From positions 88,321 to 152,320 of the IMG/VR virus record IMGVR_UViG_3300032092_000005: DNA of 64,000 nucleotides. One strand, written 5' to 3'. The stretch comes from a virus. The notes beneath the pieces were generated by a model. It did no database searches and was not told the DNA's origin. It worked only from the letters and a program-made list of their open reading frames with translations. Numbering within the stretch: position 1 is the stretch's first letter; the number at the start of each line of letters is the position of its first letter. Positions 11,501 to 20,640 of the stretch are shown here, in pieces. The position numbers and the translations under genes were made by a program.

Positions 11501-13910
11501 AGTAAGTCTTGGTGGTGCTGCTACATCTCTATTGATCGGCGCAACAACAGGTAACACTACAATTCGTTCTGCTAATACCGTATTGACGGGTGATCTAGTT
11601 GTTCAAGGTGGTGATATTAACACTAACCAAACAACATTTACAGTAGCAAATACGACTGCGACTTCAGTTCGCGTAGGTGGTGCTGCTACAGATTTGATAC
11701 TTGGAGCTACTACAGGTACAGCCACAATTAGAAATGCAACTACAGTAATTACTGGAGACTTAACTGTTTCTGGTGGTGACATTGTAGGTACAGCATCATT
11801 AAATCTTGCGAATACGACAACAACTGCGCTTGAACTTGGTGGCGCTGCAACTACATTGAACATGGGTGCAGCTACAGGTAATACAAATATTCGTTCCGCT
11901 AACACTGTATTGACTGGTGAACTATTTGTTAACGGCGGTGATATCTTTACTACTGCTGCAACATTCACTGTAGCAAACACTACAGCAACAACGCTAGAAC
12001 TTGGCGGTAGTGCTAACGTAAACATTGGTTCTACAACTGGCAACACAACAATTCGTAGTGCGAACACTGTATTGACTGGTGATCTATATGTTAACGGTGG
12101 TGATATTCTATCGACTCAAGCAACTCTTAATATTGCAAATACTACAGCGACAACACTCAGCGTTGGCGGTGCAGCTACTGCACTTCTATTAGGTGCAACA
12201 ACTGGTACAGCTACAATTAGAAATGCATCTACAGTTATCACTGGTGACTTGACAGTCTCTGGTGGTGACATTATAGGAACTGCATCGCTAAACTTAGCTA
12301 ACGTAACCACAACTGCTCTTGAAGTTGGTGGTGCTGCTACGACATTGAATATGGGTGCTGCTACAGGCACTGCGACAATTAGAAATGCTACAGTAACTTT
12401 AGCTGGTAGTGCATTGACTGGTCCTGCAACGTTCTCTGTTGCAAATACAACATCAACAACTTTAGGTATTGGTGGTGCAGCAACATCGTTACTGATCGGT
12501 GCAACTACAGGCACTGCGACAATTAGAAATGCTACAGTAACTTTAGCTGGTAGTGCATTGACTGGTCCTGCAACGTTCTCTGTTGCAAATACAACATCAA
12601 CAACTTTAGGTATTGGTGGTGCTGCAACATCATTATTAATTGGTGCTACTACTGGTAACACTACAATTAGAAGTGCAAACACAATTGTAAACGGCAACTT
12701 AGGAATAGGGACAGCTTCGCCAAGCACAAAACTTCATGTTGCTGGAACATCAGCAATTGCCCGCATTGACAGGACTGCTGACGCTTCTGCGAATCCAGAG
12801 TTACAACTTTCTGCTGTGGGTCGTCAGTTTAATGTTGGTGTTGGCGGAGGTAGTTTTGCAACCGCTGCTATACAAGGTTCTTACTATCTTTATGATGCAA
12901 CTGCCGCAGATTATCGTTTTGTAATTGATAGCAGCGGTCTTGTAGGTATAGGGACAAGTGATCCTACATCAAAACTTCATGTTGTTGGCGGAAGAACTGA
13001 TTTAACAGCGGGTTCAGAAACCTATGCTTTAGGTGTTCGATATGGCACTGGAACTGGCATTTACTACATCGGAGCAACAAACTCATTAACTCCTGATATG
13101 GTGTTTAGTCAAACGGGCGGCTCAGAGCGTATGCGCCTTACAGATGCTGGTGACTTAGGCGTTGGCGGCACCACGCCAGAAAGTAAACCAAAACTTAGTA
13201 TGTATGGCGGCATTCGTTTTATGGCAAATGAAGCCGCAGCAAATACTTATACAGGAATTGGAAGCATTGCGGCAGACACAGTAAGTATTAGTACCAGTGG
13301 TTCGGAACGACTAAGAGTTAGCACTGGCGGTAACTTGCAGTTGGGGGCTACGACAAATGCTGGAGACGCAAAGTTGCTTGTGTCAAATGCAGGAGCAGAA
13401 GGCATTGAGTTTTACCCGGCGGTAACTTCAAATTCTGCACTAACTCAATATTACAATCGTTCGGGCGCTGCTTATGTAACTAACTCACAAAATGCATCAG
13501 ACCATCGCTGGTCAATTACTGGCACAGAACGTATGCGTATCGACTCCAGCGGTAACGTACTTGTCACCAACCCTGCTGGTCTTGGCTACGGTACAGGAGC
13601 TGGCGGCACTGTTACTCAGGCAACAAGCAAAACAACTGCTGTCACGCTGAACAAGCCTACTGGTCAGATTACGATGAACAATGCGGCATTGGCGAGTGGC
13701 GCTACTGTTTCATTTACTGTTAACAATTCATTGGTAGCAAGTACGGATACTATTATTTTGGCATCAGTTACAGGCTCTGCAACTTATACGGCAATTTTAC
13801 AATCTTTGTCGGCAGGACAATTTGTTGTTAGGGTTACCAATATTTCTGTTGGTTCATTATCTGACGCATTACCAATTAACTTCGCAATCATTAAAGGAGC
13901 AACATCATGA
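5562..13910 (+). CDS. Giant repeat tail fibre / adhesin (2782 aa)
   Basis: Dozens of ~48-55-aa T/G/A/N-rich repeats (GDLxVxGGDI...ANTTATTLxxGGAA), a Gly-rich insert, and C-terminal GNLGIGTxSPxxKLHV fibre modules. Located between the baseplate and neck genes. Confidence 0.8.
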   Translation: MPILTVDQSNTFNQFRVTTNQVIANVNSQYDGTANLILNSANSTTINVASLTVYGDAAIQGGDITTNNLTFTVANATATTLQLGGAANVLIGSTTGNTNIRSANTVLSGDLVVQGGDINTNQTTFNVANTTATTLELGGAANVNIGSTAGNTNIRSANTVLVGDLIVQGGDINTNQASFTVANTTATTVNVGGAATSVLIGATTGNTIIRSANTVLVGDLIVQGGDINTDQASFTVANTTATTLSVGGAATSLLLGATTGTATIRNATTVITGDLTVSGGDIVGTASLNLANVTTTNLELGGAANVNIGSATGNTTIRSANTVLSGDLFVNGGDVNTNQTTFTLANTTSTTLELGGAANVNIGSATGNTTIRSANTVLSGDLFVNGGDVNTNQTSFNVANATATTLSVGGAATDLMLGATTGTATIRNATTVITGDLTVSGGDIVGTASLNLANVTTTTLQIGGAANVTIGSATGNTNVRSANTVLTGDLFVQGGDIVTTTATANLANSTTTTLNIGGAATSITIGAANSGTFTINNNKAVINSTGALRVPVGNTAQRLTASQGEVRYNTDVTAYEGYDGSNWSSLGGVKSVDGLTFIIAETSPGASDDTLHFYTANGATSYEVAQMNATKLAILQSTEASNTTTGALTVAGGVGIAGNLYVGGTQTFTGSTTLTGDLAVNGGDITTTSSAFTLANTNALTLELGGAANVNIGSSAANTTTTIRSANTVISGNTTITGNLTVNGNTTTINSTTLSIDDKNIILADGATDNASANGAGITIAGSNANVVYLSASDSFDINKSIITSGDLAVNGGNITTSSSTFNVANATATTLSVGGAATSVLIGATTGTATIRNASTVLVGDLAVNGGDITTSSSTFNVANATATTLQIGGAANVTIGSAAGNTNIRSGNTVLSGDLVVQGGDINTDQASFNVANTTATSLSLGGAATTLIIGATTGTATIRNASTVITGDLTVSGGDIVGTASLNLANVTTTNLELGGAANVNIGSTAGNTVIRSANTVLTGDLFVNGGDILSTQSTLNIANTTSTTLSVGGAATSLLLGATTGTATIRNATTVIDGDLTVSGGDIVGTATLNLANTTTTTLNLGGAATSVLIGATTGNTTIRSANTILSGNTIVGGSISSTNTTALSIRSLAGTTAAPINITAGTSSGSGNPGGTVNIVAGGSTSGASGQVNITSGAGSGSSSGGAISITVGSALGTGGGAAVNIVAGYSQLAGAGEVYITGGGSGGTNGGDVNITGGQGASTQGRVVIRGGDGDTNLGGDVYIAGGYGDPGGKIYLQRGNDTKVTIGSASDEATSNTTGALVVTGGVGISGNTHIGGNLVVNSNNITTTNAIFNVANTTATTLQIGGAANVNIGSATGNTNIRSANTVLTGELFVNGGDIVSTSATFTFANNTTTTLELGGAANVNIGSATGNTTIRSANVIVTGNTIIGTDLAVNGGDITTSAATFTVANATATTLSLGGAATSLLLGATTGTATIRNATVTLNGDLNVNGGDIGTSSATATVFNTTATTLNVGGAATTVSIGAATGNTTINSGNTVVSGDLFVNGGDINTNQSTFNIANTGVTALRIGGSATDIIIGGTSGNTVIRNTLQFTGASVTSLEGVFTANVAVNGGGVTTTNTIFTLANTTATTLSVGGAATSVLIGASTGTATIRNATVTLDGDLNVNGGDINTNQTTFNVANTTATSVRLGGAATDLMLGATTGTATIRNATTVITGDLTVSGGDIVGTASLNLANVTTTALELGGAATTLNMGAATGTATIRNTTVNLLGSALTAPATFALANTTSTTLQIGGAATTLNLGAATGTATIRNASTILVGDLAVNGGDITTTSTTFTLANTTATTLNVGGAATSVLIGATTGNTTIRSANTITSGNVIAGGTITETANGQQWAVASQYDIGINPNQIPLNQYLGSMAFQSADGISVGIATVTDDLAVNGSNITTTNTTFTVANTTATTVSLGGAATSLLIGATTGNTTIRSANTVLTGDLVVQGGDINTNQTTFTVANTTATSVRVGGAATDLILGATTGTATIRNATTVITGDLTVSGGDIVGTASLNLANTTTTALELGGAATTLNMGAATGNTNIRSANTVLTGELFVNGGDIFTTAATFTVANTTATTLELGGSANVNIGSTTGNTTIRSANTVLTGDLYVNGGDILSTQATLNIANTTATTLSVGGAATALLLGATTGTATIRNASTVITGDLTVSGGDIIGTASLNLANVTTTALEVGGAATTLNMGAATGTATIRNATVTLAGSALTGPATFSVANTTSTTLGIGGAATSLLIGATTGTATIRNATVTLAGSALTGPATFSVANTTSTTLGIGGAATSLLIGATTGNTTIRSANTIVNGNLGIGTASPSTKLHVAGTSAIARIDRTADASANPELQLSAVGRQFNVGVGGGSFATAAIQGSYYLYDATAADYRFVIDSSGLVGIGTSDPTSKLHVVGGRTDLTAGSETYALGVRYGTGTGIYYIGATNSLTPDMVFSQTGGSERMRLTDAGDLGVGGTTPESKPKLSMYGGIRFMANEAAANTYTGIGSIAADTVSISTSGSERLRVSTGGNLQLGATTNAGDAKLLVSNAGAEGIEFYPAVTSNSALTQYYNRSGAAYVTNSQNASDHRWSITGTERMRIDSSGNVLVTNPAGLGYGTGAGGTVTQATSKTTAVTLNKPTGQITMNNAALASGATVSFTVNNSLVASTDTIILASVTGSATYTAILQSLSAGQFVVRVTNISVGSLSDALPINFAIIKGATS
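6471..6733 (+). repeat. 101-bp exact direct repeat (6471-6571 = 6633-6733), 162-bp period, within the fibre gene
   Basis: Direct sequence comparison; the period equals one 54-aa repeat unit. Confidence 0.9.
12361..12622 (+). repeat. 118-bp exact direct repeat (12361-12478 = 12505-12622), 144-bp period, within the fibre gene
   Basis: Direct sequence comparison; the period equals one 48-aa unit. Confidence 0.9.
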
Positions 13911-14092
13911 TTTATTTAGCAGCAGTTTGTCACAACATCAAATCAAACACACTTGAAGCCACATGGCTTGAAGAAACAGAAACTGAACTCAAGCGCACCA
14001 AGTGCCGCAACTACAGCATTGAGCAAAAAGATGAGTTTCTTGCTGACTGTGGTGACGAAGGTCAGAAGTATGTTGATATGGCAGGTTGGTAA
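13907..14092 (+). CDS. Small fibre-associated protein, probable tail fibre assembly chaperone
   Basis: 61 aa; ATGA overlap with the fibre stop codon; position typical of fibre chaperones. Confidence 0.55.
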   Translation: MIYLAAVCHNIKSNTLEATWLEETETELKRTKCRNYSIEQKDEFLADCGDEGQKYVDMAGW

Positions 14093-14155
14093 AAATGCTT
14101 GAAGCTGCGAACTAAGAGAAAAGTAATTGAAGTCGCAAAAGAAACTTAACATTAT

Positions 14156-16198
14156 ATGAGTTTATCAAATAATTTTCCAAATACGTCACCGACATTGATG
14201 CTAGACTTTATCAATAATGATAGACTAGATCCAAGAATCACATACACTCGGAACTCTCCTGCTACTTACGTAGGTTCTAGCGGTACGATTAAACTTGTCT
14301 CAAACAATACTCCTAGATTCGAATACGATCCTGTTACGCTAGATTCTAAAGGTCTTCTTATTGAAGAAGACAGAATTAATTTATTCGCATACACAAGAGA
14401 TATATGGAACAACAATTGGGCAAAACGTAATGTTTCTAATACGGTAACCCATATGAATTCTATCACTGCGCCCGATGGCACACTGACAGGAACATTGATG
14501 TATGATGGCGCTGCTGCTACAGGACAGTATATTAGATTGGACACTGATAACGTTATGGCTAACGGAATAATCTATACGTCTTCAGCATTCGTAAAGAAAA
14601 AAAATTCGAGTGTTGTAGTTAATAATATATACACAAAAGATCCTACTGTGGCCAATAATGTTTATGCTGAGTTAAATTTTGATACGGGAGTAGTTACATT
14701 GGAAGTGAATGGAACTGTTACTGACGCCAGTGCAGGCGCAACTCAACACGCGGACGGATGGTGGCGTTTTTTTGTAACAGCAAACTCAGGCATAGGTACT
14801 GGCGCTGGCATTTCTACTAATATAGCACCAGACGGCTTTACCTCTGGTTCTGGAAATAATAGTATGTATCTTTGGGGTATGCAGTTTGAAGCTGGAGCAT
14901 TTCCAACTTCATACATGCCTAGCGTAGAAACATTCACTTCTAGAAGTTCAAGCGGCACATACTATGGTTCTGATAGACTAATTAAAACTGCTGCTGCTGG
15001 TGAAGCAAGATACCAATACAATCCACAAAACTTAACTGCGCCTTCAGCTTTACTGACAGAACCATCAAGAACAAATTTATTCCTCTACAGTAATTCTTTT
15101 GGCACTGCACCTTGGACATTAGAGAATGCGACATTATCTGCAAATAATATTCAAACTGATTCTCCTGATGGAACTACTAATTCTACTGTATTAATTGAAG
15201 CTGGAACAACAGGCTTTCATTCATTAAAACAAGATATAACTACAACTGTAGATTCGACTTATGTATTTTCTGTATATGTAAAAGCAAAAGAACGCGGTAA
15301 TATAAGAATGCAACTAGCAGCAGCTGGATTTGGAACTACTCAGTATGTAAATTTTAACGTGACAACTGGAGTAGTTGGCAACACAAGCGGTAGCCCTAAA
15401 GGACATATGTTATATGTTGGTAATGATTGGTATAGATGCCACTTAACTACTCCAAAAGCAACAGCAGCGGTAGCAACAACTGCAACTATATACTTAGCCG
15501 ACGCATCAAATCAGGCATCATATACGGGTGACGGAGTTTCTGGATTATTTCTTTGGGGTTCTCAGATAGAATCAGCTAGTAGTGGCGCTCAAGGTGGCAA
15601 CGTTGGATACACTGTAACAAGTTATATTGATACTGGTGCTGCACAAGTAACTCGCAGCGCAGATACATTTACTTCAGTAGCACAAAGTCGTGCGCAGGAT
15701 GTTGTTGCGATGACAGGTAATAATTTTACTTCTTGGTACAATAAAGAACAGGGCACATTTGTTTGGTCGGGTGATATTTCACAGCAGACTAGATCAGCGG
15801 GATTTAGAGTTTTTGATACTGCAAATAGTTCGCTCAGAGGTATCGGCGCACAACTTGATACTAGATCAAGTGGTCCTGCATATTTTGTTTCAAGAAGCAC
15901 TTCTGGCACTACAACAATAACAAGCCCAGGATTTGTAACTAACAATCAGATCATTACAATGGCAGGATCATACAGCAATACAAGTAATGTAGTCGCAGCA
16001 TCATTCTTTGGATCAACTGCAACAGATACTGCTGGTTACTATGCATTTGGAACAGAAAACAAATTGGATATTGGCGGCCGTAATCTTATCAGTGGCACAT
16101 CTATTTCAAACTATAATGGACACCAACGCAAGCTTGTATTCTATCCAGTCAAAGTATCTAATGATCAGCTTTCAAATTTAACTAAGACATTATTATGA
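14156..16198 (+). CDS. Spike/fibre-type receptor-binding protein paralog 1 (lectin/ConA-like beta domains)
   Basis: MSLSNNFP...LDPRITYTR N-terminus, GLLIEEDRINL, two GxQxE...TSY modules, C-terminal LVFYP...QL. Confidence 0.65.
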   Translation: MSLSNNFPNTSPTLMLDFINNDRLDPRITYTRNSPATYVGSSGTIKLVSNNTPRFEYDPVTLDSKGLLIEEDRINLFAYTRDIWNNNWAKRNVSNTVTHMNSITAPDGTLTGTLMYDGAAATGQYIRLDTDNVMANGIIYTSSAFVKKKNSSVVVNNIYTKDPTVANNVYAELNFDTGVVTLEVNGTVTDASAGATQHADGWWRFFVTANSGIGTGAGISTNIAPDGFTSGSGNNSMYLWGMQFEAGAFPTSYMPSVETFTSRSSSGTYYGSDRLIKTAAAGEARYQYNPQNLTAPSALLTEPSRTNLFLYSNSFGTAPWTLENATLSANNIQTDSPDGTTNSTVLIEAGTTGFHSLKQDITTTVDSTYVFSVYVKAKERGNIRMQLAAAGFGTTQYVNFNVTTGVVGNTSGSPKGHMLYVGNDWYRCHLTTPKATAAVATTATIYLADASNQASYTGDGVSGLFLWGSQIESASSGAQGGNVGYTVTSYIDTGAAQVTRSADTFTSVAQSRAQDVVAMTGNNFTSWYNKEQGTFVWSGDISQQTRSAGFRVFDTANSSLRGIGAQLDTRSSGPAYFVSRSTSGTTTITSPGFVTNNQIITMAGSYSNTSNVVAASFFGSTATDTAGYYAFGTENKLDIGGRNLISGTSISNYNGHQRKLVFYPVKVSNDQLSNLTKTLL

Positions 16199-17505
16199 GT
16201 TTATCTAATGCATTTCCTAGTGTGACTCCATCACTAAATTTAAATTTCATAAGAAACAATAGACTTGATCCTAGAATCACGTATAGCCGCTCGACAACAG
16301 CAACCTATGTAGGCTCTGACGGATACATTAAGACTGCCGTAACCGATGAACCGAGATTTGAATATGATTCTGTCTCATTAGCTCCTCGCGGTTTATTACT
16401 TGAAGGTCCAAGAACTAATTTGGTGTTATATAGTGAAGATTTTAGCAATGCAGATTGGACAAAAGTGGACACTAACGTAACCACAAATATAACTGCCGCA
16501 CCTTCTAATAGTTTAACTGCTGATATGATAGTTGCTGCCGCAACTTCCGCGCAGCATCAAGTTCGCAAAGCTATTACATTGGGCACTAGTAAAACATATA
16601 CGTTTAGTGTTTTTGCAAAACAAGCTAGTGGAGTTTACGATTTGGTTCTTGCATTTGGCGCTAACGTAAGTGGAAGCTGGGACGCAAATGCCCGAGCCAG
16701 TGTACGTTTTAATTTACTTACTGGAGTTGTTGCAGCTACTACACAAAATGGAAATTCAAGTCATATATCGTCATCAATTACACCGGCAGGTAATGGTTGG
16801 TATAGATGCGTATGGACTTTTATTCCTGACACGACTGGAGCAACAGCAGTATTTGGACCAGGAATGATGGCTATACCTTCAGGAGAATTTGCTGCCATTC
16901 CATGGACCGGTGATGGAACTTCTGGAGTATATGTTTGGGGTGCACAGCTAGAAGAAGCATACTTTTCTTCTAGTTATATTCAGACAACTTCTGCTGAAGT
17001 TACTCGCGCAGCAGATGATATGGAAATTACAGGCAGCAATTTTACTCCATGGTACAATCAATCGGGTGGTGCATTTGTAATTTCTTCAGATACATTCAAA
17101 GCAGACAATACTGCAAACACTACAAACAGTAGAATATTCAATTTGAGTGATGGCACAAATGATAGCAGATATACACTACTCTACAATACAGATGGTGGTG
17201 TTAGTATGTCGGCTGCCGCGGCTGCCTTTTCTGCTTCAGACAGTGATTCTGGAGTAGCATCAAAGACAGTTCAAAAAGTTGGTGTAAACATTGAAGCTGG
17301 CAATTCATTCTTAACTCACAATGGAGTTCAAGTCGGTTCTACTGACACTGGCGCAATCGTTTTGAATTATATGAATCGATTTGATATTTTTAGACTTCAA
17401 ACATCATCTGATCCAGAAACATCTTACGGTTGGGGACACATTCAGTATTTACTCTACTATCCAGAACCATTGACTGTAGCACAATTACGAACATTAACAA
17501 AGTAA
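16195..17505 (+). CDS. Spike/fibre-type receptor-binding protein paralog 2
   Basis: Same N-terminus (MSLSNAFP...LDPRITYSR), one WGAQLEE module, C-terminal LLYYP...QL. Confidence 0.65.
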   Translation: MSLSNAFPSVTPSLNLNFIRNNRLDPRITYSRSTTATYVGSDGYIKTAVTDEPRFEYDSVSLAPRGLLLEGPRTNLVLYSEDFSNADWTKVDTNVTTNITAAPSNSLTADMIVAAATSAQHQVRKAITLGTSKTYTFSVFAKQASGVYDLVLAFGANVSGSWDANARASVRFNLLTGVVAATTQNGNSSHISSSITPAGNGWYRCVWTFIPDTTGATAVFGPGMMAIPSGEFAAIPWTGDGTSGVYVWGAQLEEAYFSSSYIQTTSAEVTRAADDMEITGSNFTPWYNQSGGAFVISSDTFKADNTANTTNSRIFNLSDGTNDSRYTLLYNTDGGVSMSAAAAAFSASDSDSGVASKTVQKVGVNIEAGNSFLTHNGVQVGSTDTGAIVLNYMNRFDIFRLQTSSDPETSYGWGHIQYLLYYPEPLTVAQLRTLTK

Positions 17506-17509
17506 TAAC

Positions 17510-19552
17510 ATGAGTTTATCAAATAATTTTTCTACAACTAAACCATCGCTTCAATTAAATTTTGCAAGCGGCGCTAATAGTCTTGATCCTAGAATTACGT
17601 TCACAAGAAGCACAGCAGCATCTTATGTAAATAAAAAAGGCTACATTGCGTATGCGGGTGTCAATCAACCAAGATTAGAATATGATCCAGTCACAGGACA
17701 ACCTCTAGGACTTCTTATTGAAGACATTAAAAAAAATTATGTAGTATCTGCAACAGATTTCACTTCAGACTTTAGTAAATGGTCACTAACTCAAACAAAT
17801 TCAAATTTAGTATTACCAAATAGAACATATGCTCCTGACGGAACTCTGAGTGCAGACTTAGTTTTAAATACTACAACATCGGGTAGACATACTATACAAA
17901 GTTTAGGAATATCTGTAGACACTACGCTAGATTATACAGCATCCGTCTTTGTAAAAGCATATGAGAACACTACAGTACCTGTTGCACTGTCATTATATGT
18001 TGGAGGGTCATATCAAGCTCCTGATAGATTTTCTTCAGGATTTAATGTTGCAGCGGGCACACTCAATGGTGGATTAGGCTCCAATGCTGGAACTGGATTA
18101 GTGTACAAGCAAACAGCCGAATATTACGGCAATGGTTGGTACAGAATAAGTGTTTCTGGAACTACTGGAGTAGTTGGAACTACAAGTTTAAGTATGTTTA
18201 TTGGAGTAGATACGAATACGGCTGGTACTGGAGTTGTTACTACATACACAGGTGACGGCGGTGCTGGATTCTATGTGTGGGGCGCACAGTTAGAAGACTC
18301 TAAACAACAGACTTCATTTATTCCTTCATCAGAATCTTTTACTAGCCGTGCATCTACTGCAAGTTATATTGGTTCTGACGGATTTATTAAAACTGCTGCA
18401 ATAAATGAAGCGAGATACACATACTCAGTTTTAGATTTGTCAATTCCTCCAAGATTATTGTATGAGCCTGCTGCAACTAATCTTTATAACTTCAGCGAAC
18501 AAATCAATACATATTCTTTAACTGGTGCTACTGTTACTGCAAATAATACAACAGCGCCTGACGGAACTGCAAGCGCAGATAAATTAGTAGAGAATACTTC
18601 AAATTCTCACCATGACGCGCACCAAACTTTGGCAAGTGTAACTGGTGGTGTTGCAATAACAGTGTCAGCATTTTTTAAAGCAGAAGAAAGATCAATGGTT
18701 GCAATGGAATTTGAACCAGGATCATCATTTACAGGCTCAATTGCACCGACAGCATTCTTTTCATTGACTACAGGCACAACAGCAAACGTAATTAATATGA
18801 TGACAAAAGATACTTCCATTATATATTATGGTAATGATTGGTATAGATGCTCTGCAACAGTTACTCCATTGAGTAATGGTACACTAACATGTAATCTCGG
18901 TATGACTGCTGGGCTTTCTAATACTGCGACATACACCGGTGACGGTGCTTCAGGACTTTATATTTGGGGTGCGCAAGCAGAAACTGGTAATGTTGCAACA
19001 AGCTATATTGCAACGGGTGCAACTACAGTTACTCGCTCTGCGGATGCAATATCGTTTCCAACAAGCCAGACAACTCGCCAAGTCGAAAAGGCTGTTATGG
19101 AGGGCGCCAATTTTAATTCTTGGTTCAATACTAATCAAGGCACACTAGTGACTGAAGGTATGGTAAGATATAACCTAGATAGTAATCAAACTACTGCGTC
19201 AATTGATGGAGCATATCAACAAGGATTACATATAGCGGGCGGCACTTCAATTCGTTTAGTTAAATATGGTTCCAATTTATTAAGTGCTTCCTACGTTACT
19301 GGAGAATATAATAAAATAGCATCATCATATAATATATCCACTGGAAGTATTTCTGCAAGATTAAATGGATCACTTGGTACTAGTGTAACCGCTTCAAACT
19401 TTTTCGCTAATACAAACAGTTCTGCTCCAGATAGACTTCGAATTGGAAGCACAAGCAGTACTTGGCATATGAATGGATACATTAAGAGTATCACATACTA
19501 TCCTGAAGAATTCACTTCATCACAATTAATAGCAGTAACAAATAGGACATAA
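17510..19552 (+). CDS. Spike/fibre-type receptor-binding protein paralog 3
   Basis: Same N-terminus (MSLSNNFS...LDPRITFTR), two WGAQ(L/A)E modules, C-terminal ITYYP...QL. Confidence 0.65.
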   Translation: MSLSNNFSTTKPSLQLNFASGANSLDPRITFTRSTAASYVNKKGYIAYAGVNQPRLEYDPVTGQPLGLLIEDIKKNYVVSATDFTSDFSKWSLTQTNSNLVLPNRTYAPDGTLSADLVLNTTTSGRHTIQSLGISVDTTLDYTASVFVKAYENTTVPVALSLYVGGSYQAPDRFSSGFNVAAGTLNGGLGSNAGTGLVYKQTAEYYGNGWYRISVSGTTGVVGTTSLSMFIGVDTNTAGTGVVTTYTGDGGAGFYVWGAQLEDSKQQTSFIPSSESFTSRASTASYIGSDGFIKTAAINEARYTYSVLDLSIPPRLLYEPAATNLYNFSEQINTYSLTGATVTANNTTAPDGTASADKLVENTSNSHHDAHQTLASVTGGVAITVSAFFKAEERSMVAMEFEPGSSFTGSIAPTAFFSLTTGTTANVINMMTKDTSIIYYGNDWYRCSATVTPLSNGTLTCNLGMTAGLSNTATYTGDGASGLYIWGAQAETGNVATSYIATGATTVTRSADAISFPTSQTTRQVEKAVMEGANFNSWFNTNQGTLVTEGMVRYNLDSNQTTASIDGAYQQGLHIAGGTSIRLVKYGSNLLSASYVTGEYNKIASSYNISTGSISARLNGSLGTSVTASNFFANTNSSAPDRLRIGSTSSTWHMNGYIKSITYYPEEFTSSQLIAVTNRT

Positions 19553-19557
19553 CACAT

Positions 19558-19839
19558 ATGGATTACTATCTAAAATTTAAAGACAAAGCCGAAGCTGATG
19601 AAGTTCTAAAAGACTACACAGGCGACATTGATGTGATTGGCATTATGTATCAACCATCTACTGTAGACACAGAAATATATTATAATGAGCCTGGACGCAC
19701 AGAGCCAACGCCTATAATAATTGATGCGCCTGAACCAATACCAATTGAAGGCTGGCATGTAAACGTTCGTGGAGAAGTTTGCCCAGAATTAGAACCTTAC
19801 GCACTTAATTTGGATACACCTAAAAGAGTTTGGTATTAA
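19558..19839 (+). CDS. Hypothetical protein, possible spike assembly chaperone
   Basis: 93 aa with GWHVNVR...TPKRVW, directly after the spike trio. Confidence 0.6.
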   Translation: MDYYLKFKDKAEADEVLKDYTGDIDVIGIMYQPSTVDTEIYYNEPGRTEPTPIIIDAPEPIPIEGWHVNVRGEVCPELEPYALNLDTPKRVWY

Positions 19840-19853
19840 TAAATTTTCTTTGT

Positions 19854-19861
19854 TATAAATA
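19854..19861 (+). promoter_or_regulatory. T4-type late promoter TATAAATA (neck operon)
   Basis: Exact gp55 consensus in the intergenic gap before gp13. Confidence 0.85.
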
Positions 19862-19889
19862 GATCAACAAGATAACAGAGGACACTAAA

Positions 19890-20639
19890 ATGAGTACAAG
19901 CAAACCAGCAAGTAGAGATGAATTTAAGCAATATTGTCTTAGAAGACTTGGCGCGCCTCTTTTAGAAATAAACGTAGCAGAAGAGCAGATTGAAGATTGT
20001 GTTGAAATGGCGCTCCAATACTACCGCGACTATCATTTTGATGGTAGTGAAAAAGTGTATCTTGCGCATCAAGTAACTCAAGAAGATATCGACAATAAAT
20101 ATCTGTCAATTCCTGACGAAATTATTGGTGTCATTAACATCTTTGATATCGGCAGCAGCTTCTCTACAAACAATTTATTTAATCTAAGATATCAAATCGC
20201 ATTAAACGATTTATTCGCATTCAACTATGGACCTTTTGCTCCATACTATATGGCTCTGCAAAATATTGCACTTGCACAAGAGTTATTCGTAGGTAAACAA
20301 TCTTTAAGATTTAATAGACACACAAATAAACTAAAAATCGACATGGCTTGGTCAGAAAAAGTTCTTGTCGGAGAATATATTGTTGTTGAAGGCTATCAAG
20401 TTCTTGATCCAGACACATATACTGACGTATGGAACGACTTGTTTCTAAAAAAATATGCAACAGCATTGATCAAACGTCAATGGGGTGAAAACTTAAAAAA
20501 GTTTGAGGGTATGGCAATGCCTGGTGGCATCACATTCAATGGTCAGAAAATCTGGGATGAAGCTGGTGATGATATTGAAAAGCTTGAAAGTGAAATGATG
20601 AGTTCGTATAGTCTTCCTGTAAGCGATATGCTAGGATAA
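19890..20639 (+). CDS. gp13: Neck protein gp13
   Basis: LRRLGAPLLEINV, YATALIKRQWGENL, MPGGITFNG motifs; T4 synteny. Confidence 0.93.
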   Translation: MSTSKPASRDEFKQYCLRRLGAPLLEINVAEEQIEDCVEMALQYYRDYHFDGSEKVYLAHQVTQEDIDNKYLSIPDEIIGVINIFDIGSSFSTNNLFNLRYQIALNDLFAFNYGPFAPYYMALQNIALAQELFVGKQSLRFNRHTNKLKIDMAWSEKVLVGEYIVVEGYQVLDPDTYTDVWNDLFLKKYATALIKRQWGENLKKFEGMAMPGGITFNGQKIWDEAGDDIEKLESEMMSSYSLPVSDMLG

Positions 20640-20640
20640 T

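Noticed and set aside
5562-12700. Repeats considered as a CRISPR array or a diversity-generating retroelement template/variable pair
   Set aside because: The repeats are in-frame coding units without unique spacers. The identical pairs show no adenine-specific mismatches, and no reverse transcriptase or cas gene is in the window.
6251-12727. Many long minus-strand ORFs (up to 412 aa) opposite the fibre gene
   Set aside because: Shadow frames of the Thr/Ala/Gly repeat codons (Val/Pro/Ala-rich mirror sequence), with no RBS or promoter support.
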